Positions 26,220 to 41,743 of a DNA stretch of 64,000 nucleotides are shown here, piece after piece (position 1 is the first letter of the stretch; every line of letters begins with the position of its first letter). The DNA is from Eledone cirrhosa (Eukaryota). The notes under the pieces are model-generated. The model did no database searches, was not told the origin of the DNA, and was given only the letters and a program-made list of their open reading frames with translations. The stretch lies in assembly GCA_964016885.1 (NCBI GenBank), contig OZ024748.1:47988001-48052000 (forward strand), written 5' to 3'. The position numbers and the translations under genes are program-made.

Positions 26220-28160
26220 TGCACACATGTTTAGTTCTGCAATGTAAATGATAGAGAGAAGTGTGTGACTAATGACACACACACACAGATATATTCACAC
26301 AGACATACATACACACACACTCAGATATACACACAGCCATACACACACACACAGAGACAGACACATGCACACACACATCATACAGACACACACACACACA
26401 CAGACATACACACACTCAGATATACACAGATATACACAGATATATACACAGACAGACACACGCACACATCATACAGACACACACACAGACATACGCACAC
26501 ACTCAGATATACACACACAGACAGACACACACACAGACATACGCACACACTCAAATATACACAGACATACACACACACATAGACAGACACACGCACACAT
26601 ACATCATACAGACACACACACAGACACACACACTCACACACACTCAGATATACACACAGACATACACACACTCAGATATACACACAGATATACACACACA
26701 CACAGACAGACACACGCACACACATCATACAGACACACACACAGACATACACAGACACACACAGACAGACACAGACACACACAGACGCACAGACACCCAC
26801 CCGCACACACATCATACAGACACACACAGACATATACACACACATATATACACATACATACACACACACAGACAGACACAGACACACACATACGCACACA
26901 AACAGTCACACAGACACCCACACACCCACACACACACACAGTCACAGACACACACACACACAGACATACAGACACCCACAGACATACAGACACCCACAGT
27001 CATACAGACATACACACAGACAGACAGACATACACTCAGTCATACAGACATACACACACACAGTCATACAGACACCCACAGTCATACAGACATACACGCA
27101 CAGACATACAGACATACACACACACAGCCACACAGACACCCACACACACACACAGTCATAAAGACACCCATTCACAGTCATACAGACATACACACACACA
27201 CACAGACATTCAGACATACACACACACACACACAGACATACAGACATACAGACACACAGTCATACCGACATACACACACACACACAGTCATACAGACATA
27301 CAGACACACACACAGTCATACAGACACCCACACACACAGTCATACAGACACCCACACACATACACACAGTCATACAGACACCCACACACACACACAGTCA
27401 TACAGACACCCACACACACACACAGTCATACAGACACCCACACACCGTCATACAGACACCCACACACACACACAGTCATACAGACACCCACACACCGTCA
27501 TACAGACACCCACACACACACACAGTCATACAGACACCCACACACACAGTCATATATAGACACACACACACACACAGTCATACAGACACCCACACACACA
27601 CACAGTCATACAGACACCCACACACACACAGACATACAGACATACAGACACCCACACACACACACACAGACATACACACACACACCGTCATACAGACACC
27701 CACACACACACACAGTCATACAGACACCCACACACACACACACACACAGTCATACAGACACACACACACACACACAGTCATACAGACACCCACACACACA
27801 CACACACAGACATACACACACACACAGTCATACAGACACCCACACACACACACACAGTCATACAGACACCCACACACACACACAGTCATACAGACACACA
27901 CACACACAGACACAGTCATACAGACACCCACACACACACACACAGTCATACAGACACCCACACACAGACAGACACACACACACACAGACACAGTCATACA
28001 GACACCCACACGCACACACATATACAGACACCCACACACACACAGACATACAGACACCCACACACACACACACACATACAGACATACACACACACACACA
28101 GTCATACAGACACCCACACCCACACACACACACACAGTCATACACACACACAGACATGTT
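26000..28160. repeat. CA-rich complex microsatellite (acagtcatacagacaccc(ac)n)
   Basis: Direct inspection. Confidence 0.92.
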
Positions 28161-28329
28161 TAGTTCTTCAATGTAAATCATAATTTGACAGAGGTGTGTG
28201 GCCAATATTGTATATATACATATTGTGAAATCAATTATGGAATGATTTGTGTGGTTTTGACATATTTAATCACTTGTAAATGACAGAGTGTGTGTGTGTG
28301 TCATTGTTACTATGGTTACTGTGATATGG

Positions 28330-29770
28330 GGTGGTGGGTGGGGGTGGTGTACCTGAAATGGTTGTGTAGTGGAGGTGGTGGAGTGGAGTGGTTTGGATGG
28401 ACTGGTGGAGTGGAGTGGTTTGGTTGGAGTGGTGGAGTGGAGTGGTTTGTTTGGAATGGTGGAGTGGAGTCGTTTGGTTGGAATGGTGGAGTGGAGTGGA
28501 GTGGTTTGATTGGAATGGTGGAGTGGTTTGGTTGGAATGGTGGAGTGGTTTGGTTGGAATGGTGGAATGGTTTGGTTGGAATGGTGGAGTGGAGTGGTTT
28601 GGTTGGAATGGTGGATTGGTTTGTTTGGAATGGTGGAGTGGTTTGGTTGGAATGGTGGAGTGGTTTGGTTGGAATGGTGGAGTGGTTTGGTTGGAATGGT
28701 GGAGTGGTTTGGTTGGAATGGTGGAGTGGTTTTGTTGGAATTGTGGTGTGGTTTGGTTGGAATGGTGGAGTGGTTTGGTTGGAATGGTGGAATGGTTTGG
28801 TTGGAATTGTGGTGTGGTTTGGTTGGAATGGTGGAATGGAGTGGTTTGCTTGGAATAGTGGAATGGTTTGGTTTGAATGGTGGAATGGTTTGGTTTGAAT
28901 GGTGGAATGGTTTGGTTGGAATGGGGGAGTGGTTTGGTTGGAATGGGGGAGTGGTTTGGTTGGAATGGTGGAGTGGTTTGGGGGAATAGTGGTGTGGTTT
29001 GCTTGGAAATGGTGGAATGGTTTGGTTGGAATGGGGGAGTGGTTTGGTTGGAATGGGGGAGTGGTTTGGTTGGAATGGTGGAGTGGTTTGGGGGAATAGT
29101 GGTGTGGTTTGGTTGGAATGGTGGAGTGGTTTGGTTGGAATGGTGGAGTGGTTTGCTTGGAAATGGTGGAGTGGTTTGGTTGGAATGGTGGAATGGTTTG
29201 GTTGGAATGGGGGAGTGGTTTGGTTGGAATGGTGGAGTGGTTTGATATGAGTGCTGGGATGGTGTGGTTGTAGTGGTAGTGGTGGTGGTGGTAGGGTTGA
29301 GCTGAAATGGTTCTGTAGAGGAGGTGGTGTAGTGGAGTGGTTGCACTGGTGAGGTTCTGAGCTGAAATGGTATTGGTAGTGGAGGTAGTGGTGTGGTTAG
29401 AATGGTGTGATGTTGGAATAGTGGAGTGACTAGATTGAATAGTTGAGTGGGAATTCTAAATAGTTGAGTGAGAGGTTTAAGTAGTTGAGTGTGAGGTTTT
29501 AAATGGTTGAGTGGGAGGTTGGAATATTTGAGTAAGAACTTTGAATAGTGGAGTGAGAACTTTGAATAGTGGAGTGAGATCTTTGAATAGTAGAGTGAGG
29601 ACTTTGAATAGTGGAGTGAGTGCTTTGAATAGTGGAGTGAGTGCTTTGAATAGTGGAGTGAGTACTTTGAATAGTGGAGTGAGGACTTTGAATAGTGGAG
29701 TGAGATCTTTGAATAATGGAGTGAGGACTTTGAATAGTGGAGTGCAAAATTTGGACAGTAGAGTGAGTTA
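28330..29770. repeat. ~23-bp (ggtttggttggaatggtggagt-like) repeat grading into a 21-bp (ttgaatagtggagtgagnact) repeat
   Basis: Direct inspection. Confidence 0.9.
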
Positions 29771-30131
29771 CTTGAACAATAAGATATTTAACTTATATAC
29801 ATAAGTCGATCCAAATATAAGCTGATCCAAACATAAGCCAACCCCTATTTTTTGTCTGAGAAATAGGCTAAATTCCAAACTCCATTTTTAAACCAAGGCA
29901 GGCAATCAACACATTATGTTTAGATGGTCCAGTTTTGGAATTCTCATGAGTGCAGAATATATTTATGAAGTTTTAATGTTGATATTTAAAATGTCTTAAG
30001 TGACGTTTAAAATATAGATTTTATTTTACAACTCCATAACATAAAGATTTATTTTTACTAATTTCCGATAGTTTTGAAGGTCATATTCATTCAAAACATC
30101 AAAAACAATAAGAAATACACATTTCAAGTTG

Positions 30132-30730
30132 AAAGTGAAACTGGTGTAAAACCAGTGCAATATTCACTTCCAAAGTGAAACTGGTGTAAAACCAGGGTAA
30201 TATTCATCTCCAAAGTGAAACTGGTATAATATTCACTTCTAAAGTGAAACTGGTGTAAAACCAGTGCAATATTCACCTCCAAAGTGAAACCGGTATAATA
30301 TTCACTTCCAAAGTGAAACTGGTGTAAAACCGGTGTAATATTCACCTCCAAAGTGAAACTGGTGTAAAACCAGTGTAATATTCATCTCCAAAGTGAAACT
30401 GGTGTAAAACCAGTGTAATATTCATCTCCAAAGTGAAACTGGTGTAAAACCAGTGTAATATTCACCTCCAAAGTGAAACTGGTGTAAAACCAGTGTAATA
30501 TTCAACTCCAAAGTGAAACTGGTGTAAAACCAGTGTAATATTCATCTCCAAAGTGAAACTGGTGTAAAACCAGTGTAATATTCACCTCCAAAGTGAAACT
30601 GGTGTAAAACCGGTGTAATATTCATCTCCAAAGAGAAACTGGTGTAAAACCAGTGTAATATTCATCTCCAAAGTGAAACCGGTGTAATATTCATCTCCAA
30701 AATGAAACTGGTGTAATATTTGCCTCCAAA
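30132..30730. repeat. 40-bp minisatellite aaagtgaaactggtgtaaaaccagtgtaatattcayctcc
   Basis: Exact 40-bp spacing from 30311 to 30670; some shortened units. Confidence 0.95.
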
Positions 30731-31449
30731 ACAAAAATAATTAAGCACCGCATTTATGTAGAATTTTGAAGTTGGTGAAAACCAGAAAAATATTGACCTC
30801 GAATATAGTCGCCCCATTTTACCATAGATTTTTTTTGTCACATATTTCTCATCTTATATACAAGTATATACAGTAAATATTTGAATGAAATGTTTTACTA
30901 CCTACAATTACTAGAACATTCTTACTCTCTCTCTCTCTCTCTCTCTCTCTACCTCTACCTCTCTACTTCTCTCTCTCTACCTCTCTCTCTCTCTCTTCAC
31001 TTTTCTACCTCTCTTTCACCTTTTTGTCTGCTCACACTCTCTCACCCTCAACCCTTCTTTTCAGCCCTCTCTCTCTTTCATTCCTCCCTCTTATTCTGCC
31101 CTCACTATCACCTCACTCCTCTCTCCCTCACAACTCTCCAATCCGCCACCACCTCTCTCCTCTCACCCTCCCCTCGATTTCCTCCCCTTCTCTCTCTCAC
31201 CCCTCCCTCCTATTCTACCCTCACATCCACTCTCCCCTACATCTCCTCACACCACCCATCTCCTCTCTCACCACCTCTCTCTCGTCTCACCATCTCTCTC
31301 TCTCTCTCACCACCTCTCTCTCCTCTCACCACCGCTCTCCTCTCACTACCTCTTATTCTCCCCCTCTCTCTAGTTGTAATAACAACGTTTATCTTTGATG
31401 AAGTGTTTTTAAGATATTACCAAGTATGGAATATGGATTTATGGTGAAA

Positions 31450-32820
31450 AGTGCTGTGGTGGTGGTGGTGGTGCTGGTGTGGTTGTGGTGGTGGTGGTGG
31501 TGATGGTGTGGTTGTGGTGGTGGTGGTGGTGGTGGTGGTGGTGGTGGCGGTGCTGGTGTGGTTGTGGTGGTGGTGGTGGTGGTGGTGCTGGTGTGGTTGT
31601 GGTGGTGGTGGTGGTGGTGGTGGTGTGGTTGTGGTGGTGGTGGTGGTGGTGGTGGCGGTGCTGGTGTGGTTGTGGTGGTGGTAGTGGTGGCGGTGCTGGT
31701 GTGGTTGTGGTGGTGGTGGTGGTGGTGGTGGCGGTGCTGGTGTGGTTGTGGTGGTGGTGGTGGTGGTGGTGGCGGCGGTGCTGGTGTGGTTGTGGTGGTG
31801 GTGGTGGTGGCGGTGCTGGTGTGGTTGTGGTGGTGGTGTAGTGGTGTGATGGTGATGGTGTGGTGGTGGTGGTGGTGGTGGTGGTGGTGGTGGTGGTGGT
31901 GGTGGTGGTGGCGGTGCTGGTGTGGTTGTGGTGGTGGTGTAGTGGTGTGATGATGGTGGTGTTGTGGTGGTGGTGGTGGTGGTGGTGGTGGTGTTGTGGT
32001 GGTGTTGTGGTGGTGGTGGTAGTGGTGTTGTGGTGGTGGTGGTGGTGGTGGTGGTGTAGTTGTGATGGTGGTGGTGGTGTAGTGGTGTGATGGTGGTGGT
32101 GTTGTGGTGGTGGTGGTGGTGGTGGTGGTGGTGTTGTGGTGGTGTTGTGGTGGTGGTGGTGTTGCAGTTGTGATGGTGGTGGTGGTGTAGTGGTGTGATG
32201 GTGGTGTAGTGGTGTGATGGTGGTGGTGGTGGTGTTGTGGTGGTGGTGTTGTTGTGGTGGTGGTGGTAGTGGTGTTATGGTGGTGGTGGTGGTGTGGTTG
32301 TGATGGTGGTGGTGGTAGTAGTAGTGGAAGTGATGGTGGTGGTAGTAGTAGTGGTGGTGGTAATAGTAGTAGTGGTAGTAGTAGAGGTGTTATGGAGGTG
32401 GTGGTGGTGGTGGTGGTGGTGGTGGCGGTGGTGGTGTAGTGGTGTGATGGTGGTGGTGTAGTGGTGTGATAGTGGTGGTGGTGGTGTGTTTGTGATGGTG
32501 GTGTGTTTGTGATGGTGGTGGTGGTAGTGTTATGGTGGTGGTAGTGGTGGTGGTGTTGTGGTGGTGGTGGTGGTGTTGTGGTGGTGGTGTTATGGTGGTG
32601 GTGATGGTGTGGTTGTGATGGTGGTGGTGGTAGTAGTAGTGGAAGTGATGGTGGTGGTAGTAGTAGTGGTGGTGGTAATAGTAGTAGTGGTAGTAGTAGA
32701 GGTGGGTGATGGTGGTGGTGGTAGTAGTAGTGGAGGTGATGGTGGTGGTGGTAGTAGTGGAGGTGATGGTGGTGGTGGTAGTAGTGGTAGAAATAGTGGT
32801 GGTTGTGGTGGTAGAAGTAC
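31450..32820. repeat. (GGT)n-based trinucleotide field
   Basis: Direct inspection. Confidence 0.95.
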
Positions 32821-32911
32821 CATCATCACCATCACCATCAATACTATCATCATCAATAAGTGTATCAAAGAACTGTATTCCTGTGTTCATCAGAGAAGCA
32901 GGCAAGTTGCT

Positions 32912-34450
32912 AGACACACACACAGACACACTGAAGTTTACACATACACACACACAGACACACTGAAGTTTACACATACACACACACAGACACACTGAAG
33001 TTTACACATACACACACACAGACACACTGAAGTTTACACATACACACACACAGACACACTGAAGTTTACACATACACACACACAGACACACTGAAGTTTA
33101 CACATACACACACACAGACACACTGAAGTTTACACATACACACACACAGACACACTGAAGTTTACACATACACACACACAGACACACTGAAGTTTACACA
33201 TACACACACACAGACACACTGAAGTTTACACATACACACACACAGACACACTGAAGTTTACACATACACACACACAGACACACTGAAGTTTACACATACA
33301 CACACACAGACACACTGAAGTTTACACATACACACACACAGACACACTGAAGTTTACACATACAGACACACAGACACACTGAAGTTTACACATACACACA
33401 CACAGACACACTGAAGTTTACACATACACACACACAGACACACTGAAGTTTACACATACACACACACAGACACACTGAAGTTTACACATACACACACACA
33501 GACACACTGAAGTTTACACATACACGCACCCGGACACTGAAGTTTACACATACACACACACAGACACACTGAAGTTTACACATACACACACACAGACACA
33601 CTGAAGTTTACACATACACACACACAGACACACTGAAGTTTACACATACACACACACAGACACACTGAAGTTTACACATACACACACACAGACACACTGA
33701 AGTTTACACATACACACACACAGACACACTGAAGTTTACACATACACGCACACGGACACTGAAGTTTACACATACACACACACAGACACACTGAAGTTTA
33801 CATATACACACACACAGACACACTGAAGTTTACACATACACACACACAGACACACTGAAGTTTACACATACACACACACAGACACACTGAAGTTTACACA
33901 TACACACACACAGACACACTGAAGTTTACACATACACACACACAGACACACTGAAGTTTACACATACACACACACAGACACACTGAAGTTTACACATACA
34001 CACACACAGACACACTGAAGTTTACACATACACACACACAGACACACTGAAGTTTACACATACACACACACAGATACTGAAGTTTACACATACACACACA
34101 CAGACACACTGAAGTTTACACATACACACACACAGACACATTGAAGTTTACACATACACACACACAGACACACTGAAGTTTACACATACACACACACAGA
34201 CACACTGAAGTTTACACATACACACTGAAGTTTACACATACACACACACAGACACACTGAAGTTTATACATACACACACACAGACACACTGAAGTTTACA
34301 CATACACACACACAGACACACTGAAGTTTACACATACACACACACACTCACACACTGAAGCTTACACATACACCGACACACTGAAGCTCACACATATACA
34401 CACACACACTGAAGCTTACACATATACACACACACACTGAAGCTTACACA
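32912..34450. repeat. 32-bp minisatellite ctgaagtttacacatacacacacacagacaca
   Basis: Period 32 (32931, 32963, ...); highly homogeneous. Confidence 0.95.
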
Positions 34451-34580
34451 TACACGCATACACATATAGTTATGCATATACTCACACACACACAATATAA
34501 AGAGAGAGACAAACAGACAGACACACATAGCGATGCATAGACACACACACATATATATATATAAATACAAACACACACCC

Positions 34581-34621
<41 letters not shown>

Positions 34622-35105
34622 TAAATACACACACACACACACACACAGCAGCACATACATACACACACACGCACACAGCAGCACATAGACACACACACGT
34701 ATATATATATATACAGAGTCAAACATATACACACAGCAGCACATACACACACAGACACACACACACATATATATATACAGAGTCAAACACACACACACAG
34801 CAGCACATACATACACACACACACATACACACACAGCAGCACATAGACACACACACACACATATATATATACAGAGTTAAACACACACACACGCAGCAGC
34901 ACATAGACACACATATATATATATATACAGAGTTAAACACACACACACACACACACACACACAGCAGCACATACACACACACGCACATATATATATACAG
35001 AGTTAACCACACACACACAGCAGCACATAGACACACACACACATACACAGCAGCAGCACATAGACACACACACATACACACACACACACACACAGTAGCA
35101 CATAG

Positions 35106-35136
<31 letters not shown>

Positions 35137-36127
35137 CAGAGTTAAACACACACACACAGCAGCACATAGACACACACACACATACACAGCAGCAGCACAT
35201 AGACACACACACACATATATATATACAGAGTTAAACACACACACACACACAGAAGCACATATACACACACACACACACAGCAGCACATAGACACACACAC
35301 ACACATATATATATACAGAGTTAAACACACACACACAGCAGCACATAGACGCACACACACACAGCATCACATAGACACACACACACAGCAGCACATAGAC
35401 ACACACAGCACATACACACATACACACACACATACACAGCATCACATACACACACACAGCATCACATAGACACACACACACAGCAGCACATAGACACACA
35501 CACACACACACACAGCATCACATAGACACACACACAGCATCACATAGACACACACACACAGCATCACATAGACACACACACACAGCAGCACATAGACACA
35601 CACAGCACACACACACATACACACACACACACAGCATCACATACACACACACAGCAGCACATAGACACACACACACACAGCATCACATAGACACAGACAC
35701 ACACAGCATCACATACACACACACACACAGCAGCACATAGACACACACAGCACACACACACATACACACACACACACAGCATCACATAGACACAGACACA
35801 CACAGCATCACATACACACACACAGCATCACACACATAGACACACACAGCATCACATACACACACACCACACAGCATCACACAGACACAGACACACACAG
35901 CATCACATACACACACACAGCATCACACATAGACACACACACCACACAGCATCACATACACACACACAGCACACACATAGACACACACACCACACAGCAC
36001 ACACATACACACACACCACACAGCATCACACAGACAGAGGCAATGTCAGCTGGTATGTGATCCCAATCAATGCTTTACTCAATAGTGTCACCTTTCTATA
36101 ACATTGCATGTTAGTAGAATGTCAAGG

Positions 36128-37430
36128 TAACAACAACAACAGCAACAACAGCTGCACCACCACCACCAACAACAACAGCAACAACAGCAGCAGCTGCACT
36201 AACAGCAACAACAACAGCAGCAGCTGCACCAACAGCAACAACAACAGCAGTAACAGCAACAGTAACAACAACAACAGCAGCAGCTGCACCAACAGCAACA
36301 ACAACAACAGCAGCAGCTGCACCAACAGCAACAACAACAGCAGCAGCTGCACTAACAGCAACAACAACAGCAGCAGCTGCACTAACAGCAACAACAACAG
36401 CAGCAGCTGCACCAACAGCAACAACAACAGCAGTAACAGCAACAGTAACAACAACAACAGTAACAGCTTCACCACCAACAACAACAACAGCAGCAGCTGC
36501 ACTAACAGCAACAACAACAGCAGTAACAGCAACAGTAACAACAACAACAGCAGCAGCTGCACTAACAGCAACAACAACAGCAGCAGCTGCACTAACAGCA
36601 ACAACAACAGCAGCAGCTGCACCAACAGCAACAACAACAGCAGCAGCTGCACCAACAGCAACAACAACAGCAGCAGCTGCACCAACAGCAACAACAACAG
36701 CAGCAGCTGCACCAACAGCAACAACAACAGCAGTAACAGCAACAGTAACAACAACAACAGTAACAGCTTCACCACCAACAACAACAACAGCACCAGCTGC
36801 ACTAACAGCAACAACAACAGCAGCTGCACCAACAGCAACAACAACAGCAGCAGCTGCACCAACAGCAACAACAACAGCAGCAGCTGCACCAACAGCAACA
36901 ACAACAGCAGCAGCTGCACTAACAGCAACAACAACAGCAGCAGCTGCACCAACAGCAACAGCAGCAGCTGCACCAACAGCAACAACAACAGCAGCAGCTG
37001 CACCAACAGCAACAACAACAGCAGCAGCTGCACCAACAGCAACAACAACAGCAGCAGCTGCACCAACAGCAACAACAACAGCAGCAGCTGCACCAACAGC
37101 AACAACAACAGCAGCAGCTGCACCAACAGCAACAACAACAGCAGCAGCTGCACTAACAGCAACAACAACAGCAGCAGCTGCACCAACAGCAACAACAACA
37201 GCAGCAGCTGCACCAACAGCAACAACAACAGCAGCAGCTGCACCAACAGCAACAACAACAGCAGCAGCTGCACCAACAGCAACAACAACAGCAATAACAA
37301 CAACAACAGCAGCAGCTGCACCAACAGCAACAACAACAGCAATAACAACAACAACAGTAACAGCTGCACCAACAGCAACAACAACAACAACAGCTACAAC
37401 AGCAATAACAAATAAAAACAGCAACAACAT
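36128..37430. repeat. CAA/CAG-derived 30-bp repeat aacaacaacagcagcagctgcaccaacagc
   Basis: Direct inspection; source of the poly-N/S, poly-L and poly-AV ORFs. Confidence 0.95.
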
Positions 37431-37679
37431 AAAAAATAACAAGTACAACAACTACAAATGTAACAATAATGCTCGCAGATCATCAACATGATGCTTATGA
37501 TGATGATGATGATGATGATGATGGGGAGGAGGTTGTAGATAATAAAGAAATCATCATCATCATCATCCTCATGAGATGAGCTGGTGGCCTGCAACTTGCT
37601 CACTTACAACCTCACATACTATGTACTATCTAGTACATTTTATCATGGCACTGCACTAAGGAGATTGTCATGACTGACA

Positions 37680-38940
37680 AAACTGTGTGTTTATCTATCA
37701 TGAAAATTATCATGTCCTTGACACAACTGAAGAGGCCACCTTACCTTTTGTTTGGCAGGTTTTCTGGGGCTTTATGTCCTTCTTATTTTCCTATTTCCAA
37801 CCACTTTACAGAGTGTACTGGGTGTGTTTATCATGAAAATTATCATGTCCTTGACACAACTGAAGAGGCCACCTTACCTTTTGTTTGGCAGGTTTTCTGG
37901 GGCTTTATGTCCTTCCTATTTCCAACCACTTTACAGAGTGTACTGGGTGTGTTTATCATGAAAATGATCATGTCTTTGCTACAACTGAAGAGGCCACATT
38001 ACCTTTTGTTTGGCAGGTTTTCTGCGGCTTTATGTCCTTCCTATTTCCAACCACTTTACAGAGTGTACTGGGTGTGTTTATCATGACAATTATCATGTCT
38101 TTGACACAACTGAAGAGACCACCTTACCTTTTGTTTGGCAGGTTTTCTGGGGCTTGATGCCCTTCCTATTTCCAACCACTTTACAGAGTGTACTGGGTGT
38201 GTTTATCATGACAATTATCATGTCATTGACACAACTGAAGAGGCCACCTTACCTTTTGTTTGGCAGGTTTTCTGCGGCTTTATGTCCTTCCTATTTCCAA
38301 CCACTTTACAGAGTGTACTGGGTGTGTTTATCATGAAAATTATCATGTCCTTGACACAACTGAAAAGGCCACCTTACCTTTTGTTTGGCAGGTTTTCTGG
38401 GGCTTTATGTATTTCCTATTTCCAACCACTTTACAGAGTGTACTGGGTGTGTTTATAATGGAGGTTGTCATGTCTTTGATACAACTAAACAATCTTCCAT
38501 ACCCTTTGTCTGACAGGTTTCCTATGGCTTTATGCTCTTCCTATCACCAGATAATCTACAGAGTGTACTGGGTGTGTTTATAACGAAGGTTATCAAGTCT
38601 TTAATACAGCTTTGGAGACCTGCTGTACCTTCATTTGCCAGCTTTTCTACAGCTTCATGTCCTTCATCAACCACTTAACAGAGTGTACAGGGTGTATTTA
38701 TCATGATAATTGTCATATCTTTGACAACTAAACAGTCCTTCAGACCCTTTGTATGGCAGATTTTCTGTGGTTTCATGCCCTTCCTATCACCAAACAATTT
38801 ACAGAGTGTACTGAGTGTGTTTATCATGGAGATTGCCATGTCCTTGACACAAATGAAGAGTGTCGTTGACCTTTTGTTTGGTAGGTTTTCTATGCCCTCC
38901 ATATCATCAACCACTTTACAGTGTGTACTGGGTGTATGTA
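37680..38940. repeat. 125-bp minisatellite, about ten units, diverging rightwards
   Basis: ttaccttttgtttggcagg recurs at 37874, 37999, ... with period 125. Confidence 0.93.
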
Positions 38941-39141
38941 TTGTGTAAATCACAAACACTAAAGAGTTTAGATAAATATCATTTAAGATAATATAAAAAC
39001 TGGTATCAAGAATGGTATCTGGACATACAAAACTGCCTCATAATGTTTTGTTCTTTCTCGCAACAGTCATATACTGGGGTTTAAGTCAATTGATTAACTT
39101 AGCCTCCAAAATTTATGGTCCTGTGTCTCTTTATTGGAAAT

Positions 39142-39333
39142 TAATTGTTTCTACTTTTGGCACAAGGCTAGCAATTATCCCAGTGTATTACTGGTACTTT
39201 ATTTTATCGACCCTGTAAGGATGAAAGGCAAAGTTAACCTCGGTGGGATTTGAACTCAGACCATAAAGGGCCGTAACTCTTTGCTGTAAAGCATGGCGTC
39301 CGACCCTCTACCGACACTGCCAATCCACCGCCT
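39142..39333 (-). mobile_element. Full-length SINE family A with possible target duplication ttattggaaattaatt
   Basis: Matches the family consensus; ttattggaaattaatt occurs on both sides. Confidence 0.85.
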
Positions 39334-40419
39334 TTTATTGGAAATTAATTTTGTCATTATTGTTGTTGCAGTTGCTGTGACTGCTACTGTTGATGCTGTT
39401 GTTGCTTTTGTTGCTGCTGTCATGTTGTTGTTGCTTTTGCTGCTGATGCTGCTTCTGCCGCTTTTATTGTTGCTGATGTTGCTGCCGCTGCCGCTATTGC
39501 TGTTGCTGATGTGCTATTATTGTTTTTTGCTACTGCTGTTGCTCCTGGTTTTGCTGCTGCTGCTGTTGTTGCTACTGATGTTATTCTTGCTGCTGTTGTT
39601 ATTGCTGCTGTTGTAGATGCTGTTGTTGTTGCTGCTGTTGTTGTAGCTGTTCATGTGTTCTGTCCATCAATAATCAAGGAAATAAACAGTTTGGGAAATG
39701 AGAACCGATGAAAATGTTGAAAGAACTCAATATTCTCTGTGCACTAATTATAGTTTAAACTTCAGAGAGAGAGTGAAATTATAACAAGTCTTTGATGATC
39801 TATGCTTAGCCATGTTCTAGCAATATTCTGGTTCATTCTAAATAGCTTTTCCAAATTTCCATTCCGGATTCATTCAAATCTTCAGAGATTACCCCGCCCC
39901 CCCTCCCCCCTCCCCCCTCCCAATTTCGCAGGCCACACAACATATTTAAACATGGAGTATTATTTAGTCACTATTATTTTCACTACTATGTATCTATATT
40001 CTTTGCTGTTTTCCCTGCTTTTCTTGTACTGAAATTTCCCAAAGTATTTATGAGATGACATCAATATACAACATGTTTCTTCTCTCGTAAAGGAAGGTCC
40101 CTAACATTCGATAAAGGTTTAATGGTGTGGACAGTTTGAAGAAATGAGGAAGTTTGTTAATGTGTTAACATTATTTCAGAAGATAAACTCATGCTCCTAT
40201 TTCCTCTCTTTTCTCTTCTTCTGCTTCTAAAGCTCAGTTTATCTGCTGCCAACAATAACGAGCTGTTGGTGTACATGTAAATATATTCTCTCCTGAATGT
40301 AACGGCTCTTTAAATATTAAAAGACAACATATACAAATATAGACACCTTTCACTTAAATTTAACCATGGTTTCTATCATAAAAACAGTTTTACATATTTT
40401 AGGGGTCTGAGAAGGTTTA

Positions 40420-40882
40420 ATTGATTATCTAAACACCAGTATTTGACCAGTCTTTTATTGACCCCTCTATAATCAATTGGTATTATACCCCAGTGGATCA
40501 GTAATATTTTATATCTCCACCAGTATTGAAATATAAGTTTTACAACTCCCCATTACCTACGTATCGTACTGGTTTCTTAGTATATCTCCCCTAGTACATG
40601 GCTGGAATCTTAATAAACCTACCCTAGTACATAAACTGGGATCTTATTTCTACCTCAGTACACAGCTGGTACATTATTTCCACCTCAGTATGCAGCTGAT
40701 ATCTCATTTATGCCCCAGTAAACAACTGGTACCTCATTTCCACCCCAGTGCATAACTGGTACCTTATTTATGCCCCAGTACACACCTGACATTTCATTTA
40801 TGCCCCAGTACACAACTGATAGTTCATTTACATCCCAGTATTCAGTTGGTACCTTATTTCTACTTCAGGATACAACTGGTAT
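40420..40882. repeat. Degenerate ~30-40-bp tandem repeat (ccccagtacacaactggtaccttatt)
   Basis: Recurring motif resembling the SINE-A segment cccagtacattactggtactttatt. Confidence 0.65.
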
Positions 40883-41004
40883 ATAATGACTGCTCAGATA
40901 CATAGGATGGAGTGTGTCTATGACTGACTTTATGCCAATTAGTCAAGTGACTATACTATTTGATACTCTACCATTTCTTACAGAGTTCTATCTAAAAGTG
41001 AAAC

Positions 41005-41743
41005 CCTCATAACTTCCATATTCCAACTATGGAACAACCTCCCATAGTTTCCATATTCCAACTATGGAACAACCTCCCATAACTTCCATATTCTAACTAT
41101 GGAACAACCTCCAATAATTTCCATATTCCAACTATGGAACAACCTCCCATAGTTTCCATATTCTAACTATGGAACAACCTCCCATAACTTCCATATTCCA
41201 ACTATGGAACAACCTCCCATAACTTCCATATTCCAACTATGGAACAACCTACCATAACTTCCATATTCCAACTATGGAACAACCTCCCATAACTTCCATA
41301 TTCCAACTATGGAACAACCTACCATAACTTCCATATTCTAACTATGGAACAACCTCCCATAGTTTCCATATTCCAACTATGGAACAACCTCCCATAACTT
41401 CCATATTCCAACTATGGAACAACCTCCCATAGTTTCCATATTCCAACTATGGAACAACCTCCCATAACTTCCATATTCTAACTATGGAACAACCTCCAAT
41501 AATTTCCATATTCCAACTATGGAACAACCTCCCATAGTTTCCATATTCTAACTATGGAACAACCTCCCATAACTTCCATATTCCAACTATGGAACAACCT
41601 CCCATAACTTCCATATTCCAACTATGGAACAACCTACCATAACTTCCATATTCCAACTATGGAACAACCTCCCATAACTTCCATATTCCAACTATGGAAC
41701 AACCTCCCATAACTTCCATATTCTAACTATGGAACAACCTACC
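41005..41743. repeat. 35-bp minisatellite cccataacttccatattccaactatggaacaacct
   Basis: Exact 35-bp period with no spacers. Confidence 0.95.

Noticed and set aside
26272-29346. 634-aa His/Thr-rich and 358-aa Pro/Thr/His-rich ORFs
   Set aside because: Translations of CA-rich and GGAAT-rich simple repeats.
29790-30876. Tc1/mariner- or pogo-like MITE remnants around the 40-bp array (also near 8100-8125)
   Set aside because: Only one degenerate terminus (cttatatacaagtatatacagta) is visible, with no matching opposite end.
36108-37451. 435-446 aa ORFs (poly-N/S/C, poly-L, poly-AV)
   Set aside because: Trinucleotide-derived repeat open in several frames on both strands, with no domain or splice support.
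37730-38400. CTGAAGAGGCC in the 125-bp repeat as tandem hammerheads
   Set aside because: No closing stem II followed by GAAA and no stem I/III pairing found.
41005-41743. CRISPR-like 35-bp repeats (also the 32- and 40-bp arrays)
   Set aside because: Head-to-tail units with no unique spacers, no cas genes, and a eukaryotic intron context.
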